Source of the DNA: Eledone cirrhosa
Lineage: Eukaryota
DNA: 64,000 bases
Reading direction: 5' to 3'
Assembly: GCA_964016885.1 (NCBI GenBank)
Contig: OZ024743.1
Span: forward strand, 285,634,001-285,698,000
This document shows, piece by piece, positions 31,301 through 48,104 of the stretch. The position numbers and the translations under genes are program-made. How positions within the stretch are numbered: the first letter of the stretch is position 1; the number at the start of each line of letters is the position of its first letter. The notes below the pieces were generated by a model. It had not been told where the DNA came from, searched no databases, and was given only the letters and a program-made list of their open reading frames with translations.

Positions 31301-31359
<59 letters not shown>

Positions 31360-31698
31360 GTATATATATATATGTATATATATATATGTATATATGTATA
31401 TATATGTATATATATGTATATATATGTATATATGTATATATATGTATATATATGTATATATATGTATATATGTATATATATGTATATATATATATATATA
31501 TGTATATATATGTATATATGTATATATATATGTATATATATATGTATATATATATATATGTATATATATATGTATATATATATATATATTATATGTATAT
31601 ATATATATGTATATATATATATGTATATATATATATATGTATATTTATATATGTATATGTATATGTATATATATATGCATATATATATGTATATGTAT

Positions 31699-31766
<68 letters not shown>

Positions 31767-31809
31767 GTATATGTATATATATATATATGTATATATATAT
31801 ATGTATATG

Positions 31810-31840
<31 letters not shown>

Positions 31841-31849
31841 GTATATATG

Positions 31850-31900
<51 letters not shown>

Positions 31901-31999
31901 GTATATATATATATATATATGTATATATATGTATGTATATATATGTATATATATATATGTATATATATATATGTATATATATATATATGTATATATATG

Positions 32000-32048
<49 letters not shown>

Positions 32049-32091
32049 ATATATATATATGTATGTATATATAATATATATATATATGTAT

Positions 32092-32150
<59 letters not shown>

Positions 32151-32162
32151 TGTATATATATG

Positions 32163-32247
<85 letters not shown>

Positions 32248-32282
32248 GTATATATATATATGTATATGTATATGTATATATG

Positions 32283-32734
<452 letters not shown>

Positions 32735-32771
32735 GTATATATATGTATATATGTATATATGTATATATATG

Positions 32772-32830
<59 letters not shown>

Positions 32831-32855
32831 GTATATATATATGTATATATATATG

Positions 32856-32964
<109 letters not shown>

Positions 32965-33004
32965 ATATATATGTATATATGTATATATATATATATATAT
33001 ATGT

Positions 33005-33350
33005 CATCATCATCATCATCATCATCATTTTACGTCCGCTTTTCCCTGCATGCAAGGGTGGGACCGGAACTGATTCTGGCTTGATTTCTACAGCTGGATG
33101 CCCTTCCTAACACCAACCTCATTTACAGTGAGTGCTGGGTGCTTTTTTGCCGTGGCACCTTCACGACCACTTTGCAGTGGAATGATAGGAACCCCAGTCC
33201 CTATCATCTCATTTCTACAGCTGAGTAAACTGGAGCAATGTGAAATAAAGTGTCTTGCTCAAGGAAACAACACATCACCCGGTCTGAGAATTGAACTCAC
33301 AACCTTTCGATTGCAAGGCCAATGCTCTAACCACTAAGCCATGTGCCTCC
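33005..33350 (-). mobile_element. Full-length tRNA-derived SINE, same family as 20319
   Basis: Reverse-complement match to 20319-20666. Confidence 0.9.
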
Positions 33351-33353
33351 ATG

Positions 33354-33433
<80 letters not shown>

Positions 33434-33561
33434 TATGTATATATAGACATAGAATATTCGAAAATATTCTGTATGTTTATAATAAACATTTTGAAGACCT
33501 AATCGCTATAGAATAGAATACGTCACGTATTACAATTAGATTCTCGATAAAAGCAAGGGAA

Positions 33562-33604
33562 GTAATCTACGCGTTTCATTCTCGTAAGAAATCATCAGGA
33601 CTAC
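33562..33604 (-). ncRNA. Minimal type I hammerhead ribozyme
   Basis: Minus strand reads gtagtc CTGATGA tttct-tacg-agaat GAAAC gc GTA gattac. Stem I is gtagtc/gattac and helix III is the palindrome ACGCGT. Confidence 0.88.
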
Positions 33605-33870
33605 ATATCCAGTGCTTTCATCGAGAATGACACAGCTAGAGACTTATAGAATACTTAGCTGTGTACAGGAACTGGTTTGAAAGAGCGGTTGCGGTCCGGC
33701 AGAAATTCGAAATTGGAATAAATGCTCTGAAATAGCGATATATATGTGAATATAGACATAGAATATTCGAAAATATTCTGTATGTTTATAATAAACATTT
33801 TGAAGACCTAATCGCTATAGAATAGAATACGTCACGTATTACAATTAGATTCTCGATAAAAGCAAGGGAA

Positions 33871-33913
33871 GTAATCTACGCGTTTCATTCTCGTAAGAAA
33901 TCATCAGGACTAC
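33871..33913 (-). ncRNA. Minimal type I hammerhead ribozyme, second copy
   Basis: Same sequence as 33562-33604. Confidence 0.88.
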
Positions 33914-34012
33914 ATATCCAGTGCTTTCATCGAGAATGACATATATGTATATATATATATGTATATATATGACATATATGTATATAATGACATATATGTA
34001 TATACATATATG

Positions 34013-34078
<66 letters not shown>

Positions 34079-34104
34079 CATATGTATATATATATATATG
34101 TATA

Positions 34105-34176
<72 letters not shown>

Positions 34177-34196
34177 CATATGTATATATATATATG

Positions 34197-34249
<53 letters not shown>

Positions 34250-34267
34250 GTATATATATATGTATAT

Positions 34268-34340
<73 letters not shown>

Positions 34341-34376
34341 TGTATATATATGTATATATATATGTATATATATATG

Positions 34377-34688
<312 letters not shown>

Positions 34689-34811
34689 GTGTATATATAT
34701 ATATGTATATATATGTATATATATGTATATATATATATATGTATACATATATATGTATATATATATATATGTATACATATATATGTATATATATGTATAT
34801 ATATATATACG

Positions 34812-34842
<31 letters not shown>

Positions 34843-34855
34843 ATACATATATATG

Positions 34856-34934
<79 letters not shown>

Positions 34935-35159
34935 GTATATATGTATATATATATATATGTATATATATGTATATATATATATATACGTATATATATGTAT
35001 ATATATATATATGTATATATATATATGTATATATATGTATATATATATATGTATATATATGTATATATATATATGTATATATATATATGTGTATATATAT
35101 GTATATATATATATGTATATATATGTATATATATATATGTATATATATATATGTATATA

Positions 35160-35206
<47 letters not shown>

Positions 35207-35253
35207 GTATATATATATGTATATATATATATGTATATATATGTATATATATG

Positions 35254-35300
<47 letters not shown>

Positions 35301-35340
35301 GTATATATGTATATATATGTATATATATATATGTATATGT

Positions 35341-35608
35341 CATCATCATCATCATCACCGTTTTACGTCCGTTCTTCCACGCTAGCATGGGTTAGACGGG
35401 TTGTCCTGTTGTGGGCAGTGTCTGGTCGGCTGACCATGCCTTGCTCATACAGGAACTGATCTGGCTTGATTTCTACAGCTGGATGCCCTTCCTAACACCA
35501 ACCTCATTTACAGTGAGTGCTGGGTGCTTTTTCGTGGCGCCTACACGTCCACTTTACAGTGTGGACTGGGTGCTTTTTTGCCGTGGCACCTCCACGACCA
35601 CCTTGCGA
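35341..35608 (-). mobile_element. 3' fragment of RTE-tailed retroposon family B, copy 2
   Basis: Matches 1301-1515 and extends further 5'. Confidence 0.8.
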
Positions 35609-36110
35609 TGTATATATATATATGTATATATATGTATATATATATGTATGTATATGTATATGTATATATATATATATGTATATATATATATGTATATATA
35701 TGTATATATATATGTATATATATATGTATATATATATATGTATATATATGTATATGTATATGTATATATATATATGTATATATATGTATATATATGTATA
35801 TATATGTATATATATGTATGTATATATATGTATATATATGTATATATATGTATATATATGTATGTATATATATGTATATGTATATATATGTATATATATG
35901 TATATATATATGTGTATATATATGTATATATATATATATGTATATATATGTATATATATGTATATATGTATATATATATATGTATATATATATATGTATG
36001 TATATATGTGTATATATATATGTATATATATATATATGTATATATGTATATATATATATATATGTATGTATGTATATATATATATGTATGTATATATATA
36101 TATATGTATG

Positions 36111-36141
<31 letters not shown>

Positions 36142-36210
36142 ATATATATATATGTATGTATGTATATATATATATATGTATGTATGTATATATATATATA
36201 TGTATGTATG

Positions 36211-36241
<31 letters not shown>

Positions 36242-36256
36242 GTATATATATATATG

Positions 36257-36430
<174 letters not shown>

Positions 36431-36462
36431 TATGTATATGTATATATATATATATGTATATG

Positions 36463-36494
<32 letters not shown>

Positions 36495-36728
36495 TATGTA
36501 TATGTATATATATATATATGTATATATATATATGTATATATATATATGTATATGTATATATATATATGTATATATATGTATATGTATATATATATATGTA
36601 TATGTATATATATATATGTATATATATGTATATGTATATATATATATGTATATGTATATATATATATGTATATATATATATGTATATGTATATATATATA
36701 TATGTATATATATATGTATATATATATG

Positions 36729-36772
<44 letters not shown>

Positions 36773-36858
36773 AGTATATATATATATGTATATATACATA
36801 TATATATGTATATATAAAGAATGAATAATAACAGGTAGACATCATAAAAAGGTAGTTT

Positions 36859-36982
36859 ATTCCGTGTGCTTACAAGTGTTTCCACGGTGGTACTGCAGCC
36901 TAGTTCCGCTACGTGCAAATTCACAAGTATTTGCAGAACTCGAATATCCAATGCTGTGACCACTGTTTCTTCAGAGCAGAAT
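36859..36982 (-). ncRNA. Type I hammerhead ribozyme with very long stem II (3' pLTR)
   Basis: Minus strand reads attctgct CTGAAGA [~85 nt self-complementary] GAAAC actt GTA agca..gaat. Confidence 0.78.
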
Positions 36983-37589
36983 GGTAAATATACAATGTAA
37001 AAACCCTTAAGTGGGGTTGTTGGGGAAGATAGAGTGGAACAGGAAGAGAGAAAAGTAGGGAAGATGGAGAGAGAAGGAAAGATATGCAGGGGTTGGAGAA
37101 GTAGGAGAGAGTGGCTTGTAGATATCTTAATCAAAATGTTATGGTAGGGGTTTTATTAGTTACTTTTGGAGAGATGCGTAGATAGTTGAGGTCGGAATTA
37201 TTTATTGCCCCAGAGGTCAAGTTCATAGATGTTGAGAGGGAGGTAGGTCAAAGGTGAGAGAGAGAGAGTGTAATGGATGTAGAGAGAGATATATAGGTAG
37301 AGAGGGGACAGATAAAGTATATGTGGTGAGTGAACTTTTGGTTTTGTAGTAGTAATCTAGGAATTGTACTGAGTTACCATGTATAGTGATAAGCAGTGTA
37401 TTGTCTTGTAGTGTGGGGGAGAAGAGAAGGTTGTTAGCTAGAAAGTGGTGTTGTAGTTACGGGTTCGAATGTTAAGTTATTTTATAGTGAGAGAATTTAG
37501 CTTTTAGTTTGTGGTTGCAGTATAATGATCGTTCAATTCTGTCGTTAAGTAGTTTGTTTTTGGATTTTAGTATGTAAAATAGCTCAAGG

Positions 37590-37976
37590 TTACATAACCT
37601 GCAGTACTTCAAACCACTCCGATATGCATTTGCGCTGGAAAGTATATCCCATTTTAAGGTGAACTGTTAAGGTGAACTGTTGGTTGTGTTCACGGAGTTG
37701 CCAGGTCTTGTTGGCGAGCGTGGTCACAAAACGGTGATTCTGATGTTTGATTGAGAATCGATGACGGTACCAGCGAGATTTAAACGATGTGGTGGTAGAT
37801 CCAATATAATACCATTTCTGGTCGTCCGATTCAACCGTGCATTGGTAAACAATGTTGGACTTTAGGCATTCATTCTGCAATGGACATCTTTCAGGTAGAT
37901 GGCAGTTACATGCTTTGTTGTGGGTAGCGGGTATACCATGGATAGGTTGTGATAGCGGTACAGGTGGGTTGTGCAA
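37590..37976 (-). pseudogene. PLE Cys linker and GIY-YIG endonuclease fragment
   Basis: CNCHLPERCPLQNEC (CxCx5Cx5C) and NIVY...YIGST...FKSRWYRH. A 13-bp duplication near 37655-37681 shifts the frame. Confidence 0.82.
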
Positions 37977-38271
37977 TACCCGTCTCCCATTTAGTGGTTG
38001 GGAGGCAGATATTGCGTTCTGCCCATCTGTTACTAAAATGTTTTGTTTTGTAGAGTTGTTTAATTGCCTTAAGTTAAGTTTTTTTATGTATGCTTCAAGG
38101 TTTGGTGCCGTGGAGTATGATAGTCTAATAGTTTTGGAGTTCAGAATTTTGCTGTACTTATGGGAACTAGGGAAGTGTTTATTGATTAATTTAAAGAATG
38201 AAAGAGATAGTTTTGTACTAATTGAAGCATTAAAAATAGGATTATACCAGATATACTTTCTACAACGTGAT

Positions 38272-39816
38272 TTATTTGGTGGTGGGTGAACTTCTATTAT
38301 TAGTATGTCTGGTAGTATAGTGTGTGTGTGCTTGTGTTTTAGTCCCCCGGTTACGTATACCTTGATTACGTGTAGAGCTATGTGTGTTGTGGAAATTACT
38401 ATCGATGTATTCTATTGTATCCCGGTGGTCAGCATTCCTTAATGCATTATTGTAGTATTCAGCATGTTCGCTAAAAATATCAGAGTTAGACGATAGGCGA
38501 GAGATTCTAAGAGAAATACTCCGGGGAACTGATTTGATCATGGAGAGTGGGTGGTTAGAGTTAAAGTCAATATACGTAAGGTTCTCATTTACCTTGTGGA
38601 AGGGTCGTATCTGTCCGGTATTTAAATTAAGAGTTACGTCCAGAAAGTTTACTACCTTAAGATTGTATTCGTATGTTATTTTTAGGCCCAGTTCACTAAA
38701 AGATTTTCTAATATTTTTCCGTAGCCTTTCAAGATTTTGGTTATTCAAGTTATTAACTAATAAGAGCCCGTCATCTCTATATATCCCCCCCTGTAGATTA
38801 CTAAATCTACTATGTAATATGTGGGCTATGTAAATTCCCACGAGATCCGTGACCTCCGCCGAGTCGTTGGAACCCATGGTAATATCGAAATTTGTGGGTC
38901 TGTCCTTACGTTCCCAGTAGCAGTTATCGAACTTAATAATGGTTTTTCTAGCCTCGAGAATAATATTAATTTCGTCCTCCGTTAGGTCGGAATTGGCCTT
39001 AGCAAACGATAGGGCCTTACGTAAAGTGCTTGGTGAGATGGAAGAGTAGTATTCGTCTATGTCAAATTGTATAAACTTAGATTTATTCTTATTCTTAACA
39101 TTATTAAACCAGCGAATTGCTTCGCTAGTGTTGCCCCATAATTTAATTTCAATTTTCTTTTTCACTTGAGTTATTACTCTGTCAAGTATATGTTTACTAA
39201 TTTTCCCTATGTCTGATTTAGAAGGGCATATAAGTCTAATCTTAGGGTTAGAGTCAAAATTTACCTTATGGTCCTTCAGGTTGAAGGTGGGGGTAGCGGG
39301 TATAATCGGCTCGGTTCTATCGTCTATCTTGAGATTCTTTACCACTTTGTATGCCTCGTTGTTAATATTTGCTAGCGTAGTTTCATTTGTTTTTCTATAT
39401 TTTTTGTGTAGTTCGTTGCGTATGAAGTTATTATACGTATCGATATCCATGGTATACACGTTAGAAGTCTTGTCAGCTTTCACAACAATTCCATTGGTAT
39501 TTTGCAATCTTCGGAGTAGTGCTTCCATGTTGTTCTGCAGCTCATTATTTCTATGTCTGTTGAACTTAATGTTCATGGTAGTTTTCAATAAGTCCTGTTC
39601 GAAAGCTTCGAGGTGAGGGTTTGTAGGTGGGTTTTTACATGATTTAAAACCATATGATTCAGACGAGTGATTGGCGCGTCCTTTATCGAAGTGGAAAGCT
39701 TTCCATCGTACACGCCGAATGAAGTCGTTACTGCGTTGAATCATACTGAGAATATATTCCCTTTTGTTAGGTATAGGTATGTTTTTAAGTGACATACCTA
39801 TATGATGCCTTTCCAT
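38272..39816 (-). pseudogene. PLE reverse transcriptase, frameshifted from its EN domain
   Basis: Motifs VVKADK, QFDIDEYY, FDITMGS, YRDD, VNFLDV, SNHP. Confidence 0.88.
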
Positions 39817-39951
39817 ATTAATGCCGTGTGTCGATGTGGTTGCTCAACTATGTAGGAGACGATTATTAGGTATAGGATTATCCAAGATGCAGTGATGGTT
39901 AATTACTACACCAACAACCCCACTTAAGGGTTTTTACATTGTATATTTACC

Positions 39952-40075
39952 ATTCTGCTCTGAAGAAACAGTGGTCACAGCATTGGATATTCGAGTTCTG
40001 CAAATACTTGTGAATTTGCACGTAGCGGAACTAGGCTGCAGTACCACCGTGGAAACACTTGTAAGCACACGGAAT
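39952..40075 (+). ncRNA. Type I hammerhead ribozyme with very long stem II (inverted pLTR)
   Basis: The same motif on the + strand. Confidence 0.78.
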
Positions 40076-40269
40076 AAACTACCTTTTTATGATGTCTACC
40101 TGTTATTATTCATTCTTTATATACACTCCGGAATACTGAAGGATCAGGAACTAAGTTTCTTGAACAATTCTTCCATAACTCGTAGAGTAACCTCTCACCG
40201 TACGTCAACCATATCCAGTGTGGTAATTAACCATCACTGCATCTTGGATAATCCTATACCTAATATATG

Positions 40270-40320
<51 letters not shown>

Positions 40321-40381
40321 GTATATATGTATATATATATATATATGTATATATGTATATATATATATATGTATATATATG

Positions 40382-40414
<33 letters not shown>

Positions 40415-40491
40415 GTATATATATGTATATATATGTATATATATATGTATATATGTATATATATGTATATATATGTATATATATGTATATG

Positions 40492-40602
<111 letters not shown>

Positions 40603-40617
40603 GTATATATATATATG

Positions 40618-40776
<159 letters not shown>

Positions 40777-41326
40777 GTATATATATATATGTATATATAT
40801 ATATATGTATATGTATATATGTGTATGTATATGTATATATATATATATGTGTATGTATATGTATATATATATATGTATATATGTGTATGTATATATGTGT
40901 ATGTATATGTATATATATGTATATGTATGTATATGTATAATATATGTATATATATATATGTATATATGTATGTGTATATGTATATATATATATGTATATA
41001 TGTATGTATATATGTGTATGTATATATGTGTGTGTGTGTGTATGTGTATATATGTATGTATGTATATGTATATATATGTATGTATGTATATGTATATATA
41101 TGTATATATATGTATGTATGTATATATATATGTATATGTATGTGTATATGTATATGTATATGTATGTATGTGTATATATATGTATATATATATATGTATA
41201 TATATATGTATATATATATATGTATATATATATATGTATATATATGTGTATATGTATATATATGTGTATATGTATATATATATGTGTATATGTATATATA
41301 TATGTGTATATGTATATGTATATATG

Positions 41327-41359
<33 letters not shown>

Positions 41360-41700
41360 GTATATATATATATGTATATATATATATGTATATATGTATA
41401 TGTATATATGTATATATATATATGTATATGTATATATGTATATATATATATGTATATATATATATGTATATATGTATATATGTATATATGTATATATGTA
41501 TATATATATATGTATATATATATATATGTATATATATATATGTATATATATATGTATATATATATATGTATATATATGTATATATATATATGTATATATA
41601 TATATATGTATATATATATATGTATATATATATATGTATATATATATGTATATATATATATGTATATATATGTATATATATATATGTATATATATATATG

Positions 41701-41751
<51 letters not shown>

Positions 41752-41908
41752 GTATATATATATGTATATATATATGTGTATATATATATGTGTATATATA
41801 TGTGTATATATATAAGTATATATATATGTGTATATATATATGTATATATATATGTGTATATATATATGTATATATATATATATGTATATATATATGTATA
41901 TATATATG

Positions 41909-41957
<49 letters not shown>

Positions 41958-42504
41958 GTATATATATATATATGTATATATATATATGTATATATATATA
42001 TGTATATATATATATATGTATATATATATGTATGTATATATGTATGTATATATGTATATGTATATATGTATATATATATATGTATATGCATATATATATG
42101 TATATGTATATATACATATACATATATACATATACATATGTATATATGTATATGTATATATATGTATATATATGTATATATATATGTATTTGTATATATA
42201 TATATATGTATTTGTATATATATATATATGTATATATGTATATATATATATGTATATATATATATGTATATATGTATATATATATATATGTATATATATA
42301 TGTATATATATATATATGTATATATATATGTATATATGTATATATGTATATATATATATGTATATATATATGTATATATATATGTATATATATATGTATA
42401 TATATATGTATATATATATGTATATATGTATATATGTATATATATATGTATATATGTATATATATATATATGTATATATATATGTATATATATATGTATA
42501 TATG

Positions 42505-42535
<31 letters not shown>

Positions 42536-42539
42536 GTAT

Positions 42540-42571
<32 letters not shown>

Positions 42572-42615
42572 GTATATATATATGTATATGTATATATATA
42601 TATATGTATATGTAT

Positions 42616-42663
<48 letters not shown>

Positions 42664-42708
42664 GTATATGTATATATATGTATATATATATATATGTATA
42701 TGTATATA

Positions 42709-42751
<43 letters not shown>

Positions 42752-42932
42752 ATGTATATATATGTATATATGTATATATATATATGTATATATATATGTA
42801 TATATGTATATATGTATATATATGTATATATATGTATATATATATGTATATATGTATATATATGTATATATATGTATATATATATGTATATATATATATG
42901 TATATATATATATGTATATATATATATGTATG

Positions 42933-43209
<277 letters not shown>

Positions 43210-43220
43210 GTATATATATG

Positions 43221-43333
<113 letters not shown>

Positions 43334-43520
43334 GTATATATATGTATATATATGTATATATATGTATATATATATATGTATATATATGTATATATATATA
43401 TGTATATATATGTATATATATATGTATATATATATATGTATATATATGTATATATATATGTATATATATGTATATATATGTATATATATGTATATATATA
43501 TATATATATGTATATATATG

Positions 43521-43551
<31 letters not shown>

Positions 43552-43552
43552 G

Positions 43553-43585
<33 letters not shown>

Positions 43586-43586
43586 G

Positions 43587-43619
<33 letters not shown>

Positions 43620-43620
43620 G

Positions 43621-43705
<85 letters not shown>

Positions 43706-43714
43706 GTATATATG

Positions 43715-43745
<31 letters not shown>

Positions 43746-43758
43746 GTATATATGTATG

Positions 43759-43789
<31 letters not shown>

Positions 43790-43790
43790 G

Positions 43791-43863
<73 letters not shown>

Positions 43864-43876
43864 GTATATATGTATG

Positions 43877-44183
<307 letters not shown>

Positions 44184-44294
44184 GTATATATATGTATATA
44201 TATGTATATATGTATATATATGTATATATATGTATATATATGTATATATGTATATATGTATATATGTATATATATGTATATATGTATATATATG

Positions 44295-44325
<31 letters not shown>

Positions 44326-44340
44326 GTATATATATATGTG

Positions 44341-44460
<120 letters not shown>

Positions 44461-45175
44461 TGTATATATATGTATATATATATATATATGTATATATATA
44501 TGTATATATATATATATATGTATATATATATGTATATATATATGTATATATATATGTATATATATATATGTATATATATATGTATATATATATGTATATA
44601 TATATGTATATATATATATGTATATATATATGTATATATATATATGTATATATATATATGTATATATATATGTATATATATATGTATATATATATATATA
44701 TGTATATATATATGTATATATATATATGTATATATATATGTATATATATATGTATATATATATGTATATATGTATATGTAGATATATGTATATCTAGATA
44801 TATATATGTAGATATATATATATATGTATATGTATATATATGTATATGTATATATATGTATATGTATATACGTATATATATGTATATGTATGTCTATATG
44901 TATATATATATGTATATGTGTATATGTATATATGTACATATATATGTGTATATGTATATATGTACATATATATGTGTATATGTATATATGTACATATATA
45001 TGTGTATATGTATATATGTACATATATATATGTATATGTATATATGTAAATATATATATGTACATATGTATATGTATATGTGTATATGTACATATATATA
45101 TGTACATATGTATATGTGTATATGTACATATATATATGTACATATGTATATGTATATATGTACATATACATATGT

Positions 45176-45393
45176 GAAGGCGTGTGGCTGAGTGGTTAGA
45201 GAATTGGATTCGCAATCGTAAGGTTGTGAGTTCGATTCTGGACCAGGCGATGCGTTATGTCCTTGGGCAAGACACTTTATTTCACGTTGCTCCTTCTACC
45301 TGGAGTTGCGACCGATAGATAGTATTAGCAATTGGAAAGACCAACGGAAACATTGTTCCCTCGGTCCGATTTGACGAAAGTCGATCGTCTTCC
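45176..45393 (+). mobile_element. tRNA-head/CORE-like SINE of a second family with a different 3' part
   Basis: A box tggctgagtgg, B box gagttcgattc, ccttgggcaagacact. The last ~100 nt are unrelated to the RTE tail. Confidence 0.75.
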
Positions 45394-45479
45394 TATATAT
45401 ATGTATATGTATATATGTACATATATATATGTATATATCTATATGTATATATGTATATGTATATATGTGTATATATGTG

Positions 45480-45530
<51 letters not shown>

Positions 45531-45911
45531 GTATATATATGCATATATGTATATATATATATATGTATATATATGTATATATGTATATATATATGTATAT
45601 ATGTGTATATATATGTATATATCTATATATGTGTATATGTGTGTGTATATGTATATATCTGTGTATATGTGTATATGTATATATATATATCTATATATGT
45701 ATATATATGTGTATTTGTGTATATATATGTGTATTTGTATATATATATATCTATATATGTGTATATGTATATATATATATATATGTATATATATGTGTAT
45801 ATATATATATGTATATATATGTGTATATATATATATGTATATATATGTGTATGTATGTATATGTGTATGTATATATATGTGTATGTGTATATGTATATAT
45901 ATGTGTATATA

Positions 45912-45950
<39 letters not shown>

Positions 45951-46429
45951 ATATATGTGTATGTGTATATATATATGTATATATATATGTGTATATGTAT
46001 ATATATGTATATATATATGTGTATATGTATATATATGCGTATATATATTTATATATATGTATATATATATGTGTATATGTATATATATGCGTATATATAT
46101 TTATATATATGTATATATATGTGTATATATGTATGTGTATATATATATGTGTATGTGTGTATATATATGTGTATGTGTGTATATATATGTGTATGTGTAT
46201 ATATATATGTATGTATATATATGTGTATATATGTATGTGTATGTGTATATATATATGTATATATATATATGTGTATGTGTATATATATATGTGTATATAT
46301 ATATGTGTATATATATATATGTATGTATATATATGTGTATATATGTATATATATGTATGTATATATATGTGTATATATGTATATATATGTATGTATATAT
46401 ATGTGTATATATGTGTATATATATGTATA

Positions 46430-46468
<39 letters not shown>

Positions 46469-46470
46469 AT

Positions 46471-46859
46471 CATCATTATTTTACGTCCGTTTCTCCCTGC
46501 TTGCAAGGGTGGGACGGGAACTGATTCTGGCTTGGTTTCTACAGCTGGATGCCCTTCCTAGCACCAACCTCATTTACAGTGAGTGCTGGGTGATTATTTG
46601 CCGTCCCACCTCCACGACCACTTTGCAGTGGAATGATTGGGATCCCTGTCCCTATCATCTCATTTCTACAGCTGAGTAAACTGGAGCAATGTGAAATAAA
46701 GTGTCTTGCTCAAGGAAACAACACATCACCCGGTCTGAGAATTGAACTCACAACCTTTCGATTGCAAAGCCAATGCTCTAACCACTAAGCCATGTGCCTC
46801 CACTAAGCCTCTAACCACTAAGCCATATGTCTGCACTAAGCCTCTAACCACTAAGCCAT
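46471..46859 (-). mobile_element. Full-length tRNA-derived SINE with stuttered 5' end
   Basis: Matches 33005-33350 over 46471-46801, then carries extra cactaagcc/ctctaaccactaagcc repeats. Confidence 0.9.
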
Positions 46860-47900
46860 ATGTATGTATATATCTATATGTGTATATGTATATATGTATA
46901 TATATATATATGTATATGTATATATATATATGTATATATATGTGTATATATATATGTATATGTATATATATATATGTATATGTATATATATATATATGTA
47001 TATATATGTGTATATATGTATATGTATATGTATATATATATGTATATGTATATATATATGTATATGTATGTATATGTATATATATATATATGTATATATA
47101 TATATGTATATATGTATGTATATATGTATATATATATATGTATATATGTATGTATATATGTATATATATATATATGTATATATGTATGTATATATGTATA
47201 TATATATATATGTATATATATATATGTATATATGTATGTATATATGTATATATATATATGTATATATGTATGTATATATGTGTATATATATGTGTATATG
47301 TATATATATATGTGTATATGTATATATGTATATATATATGTGTGTATATGTATATATATATGTGTGTATATGTATATATATGTGTGTATATGTATATATA
47401 TATGTGTGTATATGTATATATATATGTGTGTATATGTATATATATATGTGTGTATATGTATATATATATGTGTATATGTATATATATATATGTGTATATG
47501 TATATATGTATATATATATGTGTATATGTATATATATATGTGTATATGTATATATATATGTGTATATATGTATATATATATGTGTATATATGTATATATA
47601 TATATGTGTATATGTATGTGCATATATGTATATATATATATGTGTATATGTATATATATATATGTGTATATGTATATGCATATATGTATATATATATATA
47701 TGTGTATATGTATATGCATATATGTATATGTATGTGTATATGTATATATGTATATGTATATGCATATACGTATATATATATATGTGTGTATATGTATGTG
47801 TATATGTATATATGTATTTGTATATGTATATATGTATGTGTATATGTATATATATATGCATATATGTATATGCATATATGTATATGTATATGTATGTATA

Positions 47901-48055
47901 TTGGTGTTAGGAAGGGCATCCAACTGTAGAAAACCCGCCAGACAGTCCTATGCGAGCAAGACAACCACTCTTGCCTCAAGTGGGAAAACCCCCGTCCAGA
48001 CCCATGCAAGCGTGGAACACGGACGCTAAACCTGATGATGATGATGATGATGATG
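47901..48055 (+). mobile_element. RTE 3' end fragment (copy 6, same subfamily as copy 1)
   Basis: Reverse complement of ~1676-1822; (GAT)n tail. Confidence 0.88.
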
Positions 48056-48104
48056 TATATATGTATATGTATATGTATATATATATATGTACATATACAT
48101 ATAC

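Larger units (their letters stand above)
33442..33941 (-). mobile_element. Retrozyme-like or non-autonomous PLE unit: ~190-bp direct repeats at 309-bp period, each with a hammerhead ribozyme
   Basis: 33442-33632 is repeated at 33751-33941; no coding ORF. Confidence 0.8.
36816..40264 (-). mobile_element. Penelope-like element with C-terminal GIY-YIG (probably Hydra clade) and an inverted 5' pLTR
   Basis: RT ORF, frameshifted linker (YIWYNPIF...LINKHFP) and GIY-YIG domain. The ~208-bp pLTR at 36816-37023 is repeated in inverted orientation at 39911-40118. Confidence 0.9.
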
